From assembly GCF_000150275.1 (NCBI RefSeq), contig NW_002060948.1, positions 1,858,918 to 1,922,917 on the forward strand: DNA of 64,000 bases, in the 5' to 3' direction. The notes under the pieces were generated by a model. That model worked only from the letters and a program-made list of their open reading frames with translations, was not told the DNA's origin and ran no database searches. This DNA is from Trichoplax adhaerens (taxonomy: Eukaryota; Animalia; Placozoa). This document shows, in pieces, positions 15,301 to 38,905 of the stretch (the stretch's first letter is position 1; each line of letters starts with the position of its first letter). The position numbers and the translations under genes are program-made.

Positions 15301-18300
15301 TGATCCAGACCAGTATTAGCACAAGTACCGCTGTTTTGGCATGGATTGCTTCGGCAAGAGTTTAAATCTAGTAGCATCAAGATAAACAAGATGATCATTA
15401 TCAAGATTGGTAATACAAAGCATCATCATCCGCAAAATATAAATATAATAAAAATATTAATTTTGTTACCATACCGTAACTAACGAATTAAAATAGCAAT
15501 TATGGAAAGTATCAAAGCTGTGAAGGAATTTATATATAAACTCTATATAAATAATTGCATTTAGATATTCAAGTGATACGATTACTGATTCTGTCCTAGA
15601 TAATTACTGCATCTAGTGTAATAGGTAGTAGATTTATGCTAGTTATTGATGATTTAGTCTTTTTCAGTTACCGTAAACTCTGATTGCAAATTTACCCTTT
15701 AGCTAACATCTATAACACTCTACTGCAAATTCCATTTCAGTTGTTGCAAATTAAATTTAGGATACTCCTATTTATTGTAAATTTTTGTTATCAATTAAGT
15801 CTTATAAGGCTATTAATTAAAATATACTGTAAATTTATACCAGTTATTTAAAAGAGACTGCAAATACTTTTCAATTAAATACAGCCATGACTAATCTATA
15901 ACGATTGCATTTTTGTTACTAATTTATGTTGTAAATAAGTGTATTTATTTCACTCGAATATGCTATTATTTCGAGTAGATATTTAAAAGAAACTACAAAT
16001 ACTTTAAAATTAAATGCGATCATAATTAATCGGTAAAGGCTACATCACCGCCACTAATTTATACTGCAAATAAGTTTCCTTAGATTACTCAAGTGTGCTA
16101 TAATATCAAGTCGATATTTCAGTGTTTTATCTCGCCGTCTTTTAGACGTATAATTAAAACAATGGTATGAAAATTCTAGATTGTACAGGCTAAAATTATT
16201 ATTACTGTGTCTAAAACTGTAGTTATTCTAAGTATCAACTCTATTCTTACCCTTATCACATAGTGTTCCTGACCAATCTTTAGGACAACTACATGTAAAA
16301 CCATTGATGCCATCATGGCAAGTTGCGTATAAATGTCGACATGGATTCGATTGGCATTCGTTAATATCTACAAGGTATTAAAAGTGATAAGAATACCTTA
16401 TAATCGAGACAGAGTTAACATTAACAATCTATAGTTGTAATATAGCATTAACTATTGCTTAAAGCTATCATTATTTAGACGCACTTGTTTGGCAAGTGCT
16501 GCCAGTATAGCCAGAAATACATTGACAGGTATACGAAGTATAATCACTGGAAGGGGCACAAGAGCCTGAATTTTGGCAAGGTGAACTACCACAAGGATTC
16601 AATTCTACAAATAGTCGTTACGTAAAAGGTTGTAAGTTAACAGAATAACATATAAACTATTTATTGATTTATATCTAATCATACAAATATTCGATTTCTA
16701 CATACTTGTTTGGCAGTGTTTACCAGTATAATCGGTAGCACATGAACATGTATAAGAACTATAATCGGCAGCAACAATGCAAGTGCCTGAATTTCGGCAA
16801 GGTGTACTAAGACAAGGGTCTAGCTCTGTAAATATTGACCGTATAAACAGTATTAAAAATCTAAACCAGCTTAATATTAAATAAATATAAGTAAAGTTTA
16901 TAAAAACAATCGCTGTTATGCAGCAACAATATCTGCATATAGAAAGAAATATGACCTGGAACATTTGAAATACTGAGAAACAATCTTATATATCAGTTTT
17001 TTGACGAGTTAACATCAGTACTGTACATTTTTCAGTATAAGATTGAATACTATCATATAGCGAAATATATCCAATCATAAAATATAAAATATGCTAATCA
17101 AGTTTTCATATAGCCTTAAACTTTAGAAACTTATAACGTTGAGTCTGTACAGTATTGTAATCTATCAGCTTCCTTTGCTGTTTCAGAATGTGAAAGAATG
17201 TGCGAAAATAAAGCAAGACGATCGCACAAAATATAGATATTTTATCTAATGATGATCTTCTTGATAAAATATTTCAATAATTGATCACTTAGCTCATGCT
17301 TAATTTTTTATTACATGTCCAGTCATAAACTGTCATATCGTTGAATACTTACTACTCTGACATAATGTTCCTGTCCAATCACTAGGACAAGTACATGTGA
17401 AGCCGTTGATGTTATTATGACATGTTGAATAAATATGTTGACACGGATTCGATGCACATTCATTAATATCTTGGAGAAAAAATAATAGAAATAAATATTT
17501 CCATAAGCTTAATTATTTATACTGTTAAGTTAATCAAATATAAGTTTTCATCAATATAGAAGACTAACCTGTTTGACAATTTGTACCATTATACCCAGGA
17601 ACACATGCACAATTATAACCACTCGCATTATCGTGACATGTAGCACCATTTTGACATGGATTACTGTTGCAAGCCACTAAAAAGTATAAATTATACAAAA
17701 ATCAACAATAATGCTAAATAAATGCTACAGTAATTAAGATTATATACTCGGTTAAGTCGAATTCTTATCAAATAGAGAAGAAAACTAACATGATTCACAA
17801 TTGGTTCCAATGTATTGAGGGGTACAACTGCAACTATATTGATCAGGTCCAGTATTACTGCATGTACCGCCATTCTGGCACGGATTATTACGGCAATAGT
17901 TAAGATCTATAGATGAAAAGACAGGTAGATGAATTTAAAAGGTTATCCCACAGAATTTAATATTACTACTGCAATTACATTTTTTCAATAAGTTTACAAT
18001 TTACGTGTTTAGTATAAGAGGAACTTGTATAAAACTAATCATGTTCTTCTATAACATGATTTTATTCTATCTTGGATATGAAATTGATATTTTTGTCTTA
18101 TGACAGGATTCTAGCGGGTATTTATCCTATTAAAGTATCTGTATTATCTATTAAAATCAATTTGCAATTTCTGTGATATAATACGCCGTAGAATATACTT
18201 GTTCTTCCTGTAGATATTCAAACATCGTAATGATGAAAAACCAATCAAATTCTCTTAGCATCAATGTGATTATCATATAGCTATGCTAAATATCGACTTT

Positions 18301-20263
18301 ACCTTTCTCACAGCGAGTTCCTGTCCAATCGTGTGGACAACTACAAAGATAGGTATTAGCAACAACCGTACATGTTGCATATGGATGTACACATGGGTTC
18401 GAAGCACATGCATTAGCTGAATAAAGAAGTACGATAGGTAGTTAGATATAACATCGAATAATTTCGAAGTGGCTTTAAATTATGTCAAGTGAAACCTTCC
18501 TTCAAAGGTACTGACCAACACAAATAGAGAATCAAAGTCATAGAAAGTAATAGCTAGATAAATATTATTTTAATACCATTTTCGCAATTTTTTCCTGTAT
18601 TCTGCGGATGACAGTTACAACTGTAAGCGTCTGGGCCAGCGTTGGCACAAGTTCCCCCATTTTTACATGGGCTACTTTGGCAACTATTTAAATCTGTACG
18701 TAGTCAAAAGATTAGTAATCGGACATTCTTCATTAGCTTATAATGTTATTAGCAGTCTACAGACTTTAGGCTGATAACAGGCTACAAATAACGAAAGTAA
18801 TATCGCAGTAATTTAAGTTAATTATTAAATGATTGTAAATTATACTACTAATTGATGATACATGATTCGTAATAAGCCGTGATTAGTACAGGTTTTATCC
18901 AGGCAATTAATACAGTTGTGTAAAAATGTGGATATACTGTAAATCTACTAATTAACTTTAACAATTTTAGTGAAGTCTACATAAGCATCTACGATGGTAT
19001 TAGTTAGTCCTTGGAGAATTACAGTCAAATGCTAATAACTCTCTGCTTGTATATTCTATACAGAAAGATAAGAAACAGTCCTTTGCAAGAACTTAGTCAC
19101 ATACTAATAACTCTCTACTCGTATATTAGACAAAGGAAGATAGGAATCAGCCCTTTAAAATAGCTTTAATATGCTATACGTATGGGATGTGGAATAAACG
19201 TCTAACACTGGATTAAGATAAGATCTCTTTTATAATTAAATATCGCGTAATCTGTTTACCTTGATTACAGTTTGAACCTGTCCATTGTGAACAACATTTA
19301 ACCTCAGCTTGAAAACTAAGAAATGATTTCTTGATTATTGGTCGTGTTCCTTCTAATCTATACTGAGATTTAGCACCAGAAACAAGATAAAGGCCGTGAC
19401 TGAATATATCTAATAGATCATCGGCACCTTCTTGAAAGTCCTTATCCATCACTTTAATATGGAGGTTTACATAACCCTATAGATTGTAAAAATTAAAATT
19501 TTTACTGCGTTGGTAAGTAAAACGACAGGAATTTAAACGACGGAATTTAAACTAATATAGTCGATAATATAATTAATGAAATATCTTATCTTAGTAAATT
19601 TACCGTATAGGATTGGATTGTAAAGTTAAGAGGGTTTGTTTGGCTTGTACTATTCATAACTTCACCAATAGAAAATGACACATTTTGACTCCTTTCCCAA
19701 TACTTGGTTGTAAAGCTACCAATAGTACAAGGATCGGTTGAAGTTTGGGTGTTTAGACAAATAATAAAGTAATATTCACAGGCAGAAAAATTGTCACATT
19801 TGTCTCCATTATAATTTCGTTCGTCCGGGTTCCAGTAATGATCAAATTGTAAAGTAAATTCAGCATGGCTAGTAGTAGAACAAGCGCTAGCCTAAATACA
19901 TACAAAGATTATAAAATAGAATAGGGCGATGAATATATTCGTTCTACCATTCTTTTAATAGTGTTGTTAGATTGATTCTACAGCAATAGAAATATTATAA
20001 CATTTAAAATAATTGTACTACTTCTACTTTCTACATATAATTTTATAGACTAGGAAAAACAGATAGCCCTGAAGTTTACTTTACATGATATAAATCTAGC
20101 ATCACTCCATTCGTGTATTATCCACAGAACAAGAAAAAAATTTTAAAAACAATATATTATCAGACCAATCAAAAATATCTTGTAGTCATTCCAAACTTAT
20201 TCGACTTACCTCAACAGATATTGTAAAGGCTAAAAGAAGCAATAATACAAACAAAACTTTCAT
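3334..20263 (-). CDS. Gene A: Jagged/Serrate-like type I membrane protein lacking an intact DSL (SP-C2/MNNL-~52 EGF-vWC-juxtamembrane-TM); +1 frameshift at ~7067-7070; 3' end runs into an assembly gap
   Basis: Hand-spliced GT-AG exons with consistent phases: 20210-20263 ([18 protein letters not shown]), 19604-19891, 19260-19476. Then 23 single-EGF exons: 18577-18693, 18303-18416, 17790-17906, 17569-17676, 17353-17469, 16706-16825, 16485-16604, 16251-16367, 15251-15367, 14593-14706, 14390-14506, 14139-14255, 13914-14030, 13606-13722, 13289-13402, 13002-13118, 12772-12882, 12566-12682, 12377-12490, 12172-12288, 11922-12035, 11630-11746, 11017-11130. Then 10465-10926, 10253-10366, 9360-9409, 8711-9266, 5966-7704, 4835-5208, 4645-4754, 4346-4561 (VWCGATYC), 4115-4252 ([18 protein letters not shown]), 3596-3731 and 3334-3394 (TM: [16 protein letters not shown]). 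Confidence 0.85.
3596..4754 (-). other. Gene A vWC/cysteine-rich and Jagged-type juxtamembrane domain exons
   Basis: [32 protein letters not shown]|VWCG...[12 protein letters not shown]...|[14 protein letters not shown] resembles Jagged DCNTCQC..G...CSKVWCG...GLTTEHICSELRNL. Confidence 0.85.
8065..8590. repeat. Intronic tandem repeat, ~171-bp unit, ~3 copies
   Basis: aagaatagcaaa...ggtc...gattta.tct..g.taat..atag...tggaattt...tttcaag recurs at ~8071, ~8242 and ~8414. Confidence 0.8.
19260..19891 (-). other. Gene A MNNL/C2 domain exons plus DSL stub
   Basis: [35 protein letters not shown]...PCTIGSFTT...NPLNF | [13 protein letters not shown]...[18 protein letters not shown] matches the Notch-ligand N-terminal pattern (N..G.C..C..F..CL..C..G..NP..F). 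Confidence 0.8.
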
Positions 20264-21849
20264 GGTTGGAGTGCAGATAACTGTTTCGATTAAGTACAAT
20301 AAAATCAGCTATAAAATTGCTTTCAATGATGTAGTCTTTACTAGTAGCCATAAGTGGCAACCGCCAACTTGAGTATAACCCGCTAATTAACCAGACACGT
20401 TTCTTCTCCAATTAATAGCGAGGTATAAAAAGCAGAGGCTTTCACCTATAATATCGAACCAAATTAATAGCTATGCTATAAAATATAATAGCGGTAAAAT
20501 TAAATCAACAATTTCTAAGTTATTTAATAGTTAATTTAGGCGAGAAGAAATATTATCGATCGCTATCGGTAAGCTATTTGCCATCGCTATTTCTATAAAT
20601 CTCTCAAACATTTAGCTTTAGGGTGTGACGAAAGTTTACCCATGAGTGACAGAGTGATTAAGTCAACAAATAATAAAATAGATTCAGTATGCAGATCGAG
20701 AATCTGTAACGAACATTTTAAGCGAAGTACAGAAATCTTTCACTGGCGAAGTAATAAACGGTGATAGAAGTTGAACTTAATCCTATTATTTAAGAATATT
20801 AGGTAGGCAGTCTTATTAAAACGTTACTGGATAATCATTCAAGACTATTTTGTAGTGAAGGAATATTTAATTTATAACTAAAAGTCAGACTCAAATTCGA
20901 TGTTTACTCAAATATGCCACTAAGCTGACGGCAAAATCAAGAACTTGGGGTCGTATTAACTTTAAATCAAAGTAACTATTACATGATTATTTAGGATCTA
21001 ACACCCATCACCTTAAAGATAAATGACATCTATAGGATTTTCGATTTCTGCAATTGACCAATTTATAAGTTTACAAGTTAAATATGGCATTAACTGCGTC
21101 ATTATAGTTAACTTAAGGCGAGGATGGGAAATGATCAGTTTAAGTCTAGACAGCATACGAGTTGTAGATTTGAATCTGACATCTACTTCGATAGCAACTG
21201 TAATCAAGTGTCGGTAACGACCAGACCAATAAAGTAAGACTATAGCGGTGATTTTCTAAGTATACTTGGCTGATTCTAGAGATATCAAATAGATTGATGC
21301 TGTTATTTCTATCTTGGTACGTAGTGTTAATTAAAGTACGGGAACATCATAAAGCTGTAAGCCGGCTACAAAATTTCAAATAGTTAGACTATAAACTTCA
21401 TTATAAAGGTGTTCAGTAAATATATCATGGCTTTAAAATAATAACTTTGTAGGTTTAGTTAAAGACCCGATGATATAGATCTATTCACGCTAAAAGACTT
21501 TACAGCTACTAGTGACTCTATCAAATCAATCTCTCTCTAGAAGCTTGACCGTTTAATACAAACAAAGCTAATATCGGACAGTAATATCAAAATCTAATCA
21601 TGTTTAAATACAAAGTTTAGTACATTATTTATAATTTATTATCGAAACTGGAAACAAAATTTTAGAATACAATTATTTAAACTACCTTGAAATAAGATTA
21701 GAATGTGATAGAATTTAAGCAGAAATAGCAATTAATACAACCACCTGTTTTGACTGACATTGTGAGTGGAGTTTAAATTAAGTTTCACAATCTAATTCAA
21801 GTTATTGAAATAACTTAAAGATTTACTTAATTAAACTTATGATCAAATT

Positions 21850-22310
21850 TATAGTGTATTTGGATTGTACTGTAACTGTAATCTACTGATAAATATAGAC
21901 ATTTTGTACTGATCTTATATTTAGACATATCTACAGTCTGTTCGCTCTACATTCAAATATGGCTTACTACATTTAGTTATTACAGTCCTCGCTATTTTCT
22001 ATAATCATCTGCTATTCTATAACCCGTTATGGTATATGTTGTATCTAATCCTACAATCATGTTCTCTGCATGTTTTCTAAAGCTATAGCTATAAATACCG
22101 CCGTTTTCTACCTTAGATTTCTTAATTTGCATTATTAGTCACAGTTAGTATTCACACTTTACTCACGGCAGCTACCACGCTGATCTACCGTAATTATCAC
22201 ATTGTACCTTACTCTCTACAATAAAGTATCCTCTTTTCTTAAGCTCCTTGTGCAATTCTCTGCATGGCAACTAAAACCTCATTATCTGACTCTTCGAACC
22301 CTCCTGCACA
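21850..22310 (+). mobile_element. Solo LTR (~460 bp), diverged relative of the 1737-2221 LTR
   Basis: Aligns along its length with the reverse complement of 1737-2221 (e.g. ggtatatgttgtatctaat, ctataaataccg, cacgctgatctaccgtaa, tcgaaccctcc); ends in ACA, start mutated to TAT; 5-bp TSD AAATT (21845-21849 and 22311-22315). Confidence 0.8.
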
Positions 22311-23743
22311 AAATTAAATTGTGCTTTTAAGTGCCGTCATTTTAGTCATCTTTAAAAAGGCATTCCCCCTACACCTAATTTGACCATGATAACTTCAAGA
22401 ATAGTAATTAAAACTTACCAGGAACTTCTTGATTGATGAACGGAAAAATATGATCGAGATTTGAGAGCTGTACACTCTCTTGAATAATAATAATATATGA
22501 AATAAGCTTTAGGTAACTACTTCCGATTATAGCTTTACTTACTGAAATGTTCAGTTGATCTCATTGATAACGAGTGGAATAATGCAATTCATCTAGATCG
22601 TATGCTAGATCGTAATATCTACAACTATGATTATATCTTAGCTTAGATGTATATAGTTTTCTAAGGATACTATGAAATCAATTTAGATAGAGTTTATCAT
22701 AGTAATTGTATAACAGTATGACGAACCCAGACAATAATAATTATAAGTAGAAGTGGCGCTAAGAATTCTACATTACCCTCTCTTAGCGTAGGATTAGACA
22801 ATAACATAATACATAATTCATGATCGTTATAGAAACAATTGAAGTGATTTCCATATTAATAATCCGATTGGAAAGCTTACCTAATAATAGATTAGTGTCA
22901 AGCTAACATATAAGTTTATCGTTTGTTTATTTCATATTAAACTATACATACAATTCTATACTTTTATTGATATATGAGTAGGGCTTAGAACTCGACCCTA
23001 CTACGGCATAACTTTTGTAGAGTCTACGCCCATATTCTGACGAAAGAATCTCTTTCTGTTACTAAGCAACGGTTAATTTCCAACACCTAGACTTTTATGG
23101 CATGATATTCTCTCATTTGTGGTAATGATAAGCCATATTATATTCTTTCTTCCTGAACTAATTATCATATAATAGGTATCTATTTATTAACTCAATACAT
23201 TGGGGTGACAGCAATGAATTAAATCACTAGATTTAATCTAGAAGCTACTTGATTACTAGAATATTAACATCAAGATGGTTGATTAATCTTTTAGAAAGGA
23301 GATTTATTGTGGGCTTTGGTCCAGACATTAGCGAAAGTAAGATTACAATGTACTATTAATGACTACACGTATTTTCCAATCAGTTTCCATACCGTACGTC
23401 ATTATACAATGGTAATCATATTTTAATTACACAGTACGCAATATATTGTGTAAAGTATTAAAGTAGGTAAATCAGTTCCCTCTACCGTTATTGGGTAAAA
23501 GTTAAAAGCTCTGTACACAAGTTTTACGTCAAGACTATACGACACACTAATAGCTCTTATTTAATTACACCGTATAGTATGCTATACACTGATTAAAATA
23601 GGTGCTATTTCATAGATTGCTTATAATCCGATACGGTAGAATTAAAATTAGCTTTTGTACACGTACTTGAAATTTATCACCGTAATGATCTTATTTTATT
23701 AAAGGAGTAACCGTATACCACACCATAGGCCTTATGTAAAGTA

Positions 23744-24329
23744 AGGAAGTCAAAATTAATAGGATCTCATACGTATATCTAGAATGCAAAAACGATAATG
23801 CAGTATTCTTATTCCTGTAGTAGCAATTACAGCATTTAGCAAACAATAATACTAACGGTTACTTTAATTCTATATTGGTAAATTTTTGATGTAATTTTTA
23901 TTATGAAATTATACACGCTATGTAATATGTCTCTAAGGATCTTGCATTATGTAAGATCTAACATTGAATATGCATTCTAACATTAAAAAACTGGTATTAA
24001 CCAGGTGAAAGAATTTTTTGTGCTTAGGCTTTATTATTGTCAGAAAAAATTGTAACGTATCTACGGTTACTCCCTGTATCATAGTTCACAGTTAATCTTA
24101 GAAGCTCTATTCATAACCTTTGCTTGATAGTTCACCAAAGACCTGATTAACGTCTAAAGAATCTACGATATAGAATTAGCTTGACAATTTGCCAAGATCG
24201 ATCGAAAAGTCCCAGCAACTCAATAAATTTTAGCAGATTTTCTCTTTGACTATCGATTTTTAGTTACACCCTGACAAGTTAATTCTTTAAAGGTGTTAAA
24301 AATAGAATAAGAATAAATATAAAATTGAA
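23744..24329 (+). repeat. Dispersed ~570-bp repeat, copy 2 (no LTR insertion)
   Basis: Starts aggaagtcaaaattaataggatctc as at 1168; continues aagaataaatataaaattga, matching the sequence right of the LTR in copy 1. Confidence 0.95.
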
Positions 24330-25888
24330 TATTACCTGTGTATTGATTTATTTTATTACCTTTAAAATATAGCACATCTTGTGTGTAAAAAGTTTGAAGA
24401 GTATTTATGATCTTTTTATTAAGTTTTTAATATTAGAGTCAATGATGTCTGTGTGATTGTTCTCAAACTATGTCAAGAGGATAGCGAACACATTAGAAAG
24501 TGTGTATTTATTGAAGATCAAACTGAATGCGCACGTAGACTTTTAAACTGAGACTATTTTTCGTTGCTTAACTAACTTTAAGCTATTCTACGAAGTAGAA
24601 TCATAATATTTAGGTTTTAGAGTATTAATCCTATTGCATAAATGCTAATCAGTACACTAATTATAACATATACGCTAGTACTTCGTTTACTATAATAATC
24701 TAATCTGGAATATTCTAACAATTAATTACGATATGATACTGTGAATGCATTAAAAAAAAATTTCATACATATGCAGATAATTTTTTAGAGCTGCTAACTT
24801 TTAAGACTTTGAGTTTATGGCGTTAACAATAACTAAATAGAATGAAATCAAAATTTATTTCATTGCTAACGATTATGATATAATCTGCAATTGTGTAGCG
24901 TTAAATATACTTAGACTATAGTTGTATCTAGCTACGATAACCATTTTACCAGATTATTTAAACGTCATTCAAATAGAATAGAAATCTTCCCACACGTTCC
25001 CATTATCTTTTACTAGTAAGTTACTGCAAAACAGAACGGTAACACAAACTTTGATTATATTGAAATAATTATGAAGATTCGATTAGATTCGTAAACTAAC
25101 AATATTCTTACCATCTTTTCTCCGTTATACTTTTAATCTGTGTAAGACAGTGTAATATTGTATTCTAAGTTGATGATGTATTTAGTAATGTCTACTGTAA
25201 TTATTGTGTTTCACGAGTGATAGATATTCCGTTGGAGGCTTAAGTATTGAGTATAGCTAGCTTAGTAACTGTATCCTTTTGAAGAGGAGTGCTACAGCGC
25301 TCACACTAGAGCTTCACATGAAAGGTGTAAACTATCCTGTATTTGAGATGCTAATACTGAAGTGTGTAGCAAGTATTAGAGGTCCTCAGCTGATCGATTA
25401 CGTCGTATCTTTGTGAACGAGGTTTTGTTCAATAAATCTTAATTTTCTAAAGTCTTGAAGATTCTTAATCTATCAACCTCACAATCTGCAATGTTACCTA
25501 TAAATGTTACAACCTCTTTTTTTCTGCAACAGTTGTATTAAATTAAGTTCCAAGGGTACATACTCAAAATTGTAAAAAGAACTAAGAATTTAAAGTTTTA
25601 CATCTACTTTACTAATGGTTTATAGGGACAGTAAAATAGCACCATGTGTGCTCAATCAATACAACGATGGCATCAAATACCAATAAACTGATCAATATTC
25701 GCAATGTTACACTGTTTGTAAATCTATAACTTATGCATTTAGTTTGCCTTGGATATAGCCATGACTTTTGTAGCTACAATAGCACTTTATACTCGTTCTA
25801 TTTATTAGCAACATCTTCAAAACTGGTGATATTAGAAGAAATTCAGGCCTTGTGTAAACTCTCTACAGTATTCTAATTTTGGGTCTCT

Positions 25889-26700
25889 CCATCAATACCG
25901 CGTGTATTATAGATTACATGGCGATATTATCTATCATCCATTCCATCATTCGATATTTATATCAACGCAAGTGTGTTTTTATTTTGAAGTTGCTAATACG
26001 ACTAGAACTACCATCAATACTGCATGTATGTATTATAAATTATATCGCGATCATCCATTCCATTATCCGATATTTATATCTATACAAGTTTGTTGTTCCA
26101 TTTTAGAGTTACTAATGTCACTAGTTCTGCCATCGATATCACTAGAACCATCACCAATGTAACATAAACTATAAATTACATCGCAACATTACCCACCATC
26201 CATTCAATTTAAAATATTTATATCTATACAAGTGTATACTTCTATTTTAGAGTTACTAATGCCAATAGAACTATCATCAATGCTATATGTACTATAGATT
26301 ATATTGCGATACTACCGATCATCCATTCCATTATGCAATATTCATATCTATACTAGTGTGTACTTCTATTTTGAAGTTGCTAATACCACCAGGACCATCA
26401 TCAATGCTGTGTTGACTATAGGTTATATCACGATACTACACATCATCCATTCTATTATTCAATATTCATATCTATACAAGTGTATTTTCCTATTTTGGAA
26501 TCGCTAATATCGCTAGAAATATCATCAATGCTACGAGCATTATAGATTACATCGCGATATTCCCATAATCCATACCAATTGCAATATTCAATATTCATAT
26601 CTATACAAGTGTGTTTTCCTATTTTGGAGTTGCTAATACCACTAGCACTACCATCAATACTACGTATATTACATCACGATGTTACCCATCGTCCATCTCA
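25889..26700. repeat. Degenerate tandem array, ~122-bp unit, ~6.5 copies
   Basis: catcaat...tatagatta.at.gcgat...atccatt...atatctatacaagtgt...tatttt..agtt.ctaat...actaga recurs at ~25889, 26011, 26130, 26273, 26395, 26520 and 26651. Confidence 0.9.
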
Positions 26701-27486
26701 TTATCCTTCTAAATTAACTATGACAACCGATCAATAGATAGATTATAAAGCATTAAGCTTAATGAACAAATAACATTAGCACACAGCATGAATCTATCCA
26801 CTGATATTTTATTGACAATTAATATGTGACTGGTACGGTGATTCTCTTGTAGCTTATCGATACTATTGGTTAGATAAAATAAAAAGCTCTGTTGTCATGT
26901 TAATCGTTAACGGTTTTATGCATTATTCATTTTCTATGACATAATTGTGCATGGGATCCGATCCTTGTGACAAAAAGGAATAGAGATAGTCCGGCCCGAT
27001 TGAAGCCATTTCCCATGCTCTATTCTGGAAATTTATAGTAAGTTAACCTAATTTGTAGCATTTTATATTGATTAAAATTAGTTATAGTCTATTTTATGAT
27101 TATAAAAGAGAATTAAAGCTCACGAAAGAAATTCTTATAAACCAATTTGCCTTCAATAAGATACGGAAATAGTCAAGTGTGAGCAGCTCTGTATCTCAAT
27201 ATATTGTTATTGCGCTTAGCGCCAATGCCCTAATCTTTAATCTACCTACTAGATATTGTATAGACTGATCATGATGCTGTAAAGACTTTAATGTTAGAAT
27301 TACATGTCTATCGATAGTAGAAATTTTCAATTAGTAAACAAAATAAGATTGAGAAACTTTTAAATTTTACTGATTTCAGTACGTATAACCAATTACTATC
27401 ATAATGTAGACCGAAGACATAAGGTATATTCTAATTCGATCCCTCTATTATGTCTTGTATTTAGATCAGCACCGTACAAGTCGAGA

Positions 27487-38905
<11,419 letters not shown>

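Noticed and set aside
1737-22310. Inversion of gene A by recombination between the two oppositely oriented LTRs, or both LTRs belonging to one element
   Set aside because: Each LTR has its own matched TSD (AAGAA, AAATT) and they are diverged, so they are independent, unrecombined insertions.
24987-24994. CSL/Su(H) site TGTGGGAA on the minus strand between A and B
   Set aside because: A single 8-mer; several are expected by chance in 64 kb, and there is no proper paired-site geometry.
25889-26700. CRISPR-like array or repeat-protein ORFs (25879, 25902, 26304)
   Set aside because: Eukaryotic context, whole units are repeated without unique spacers, and frames are interrupted by stops.
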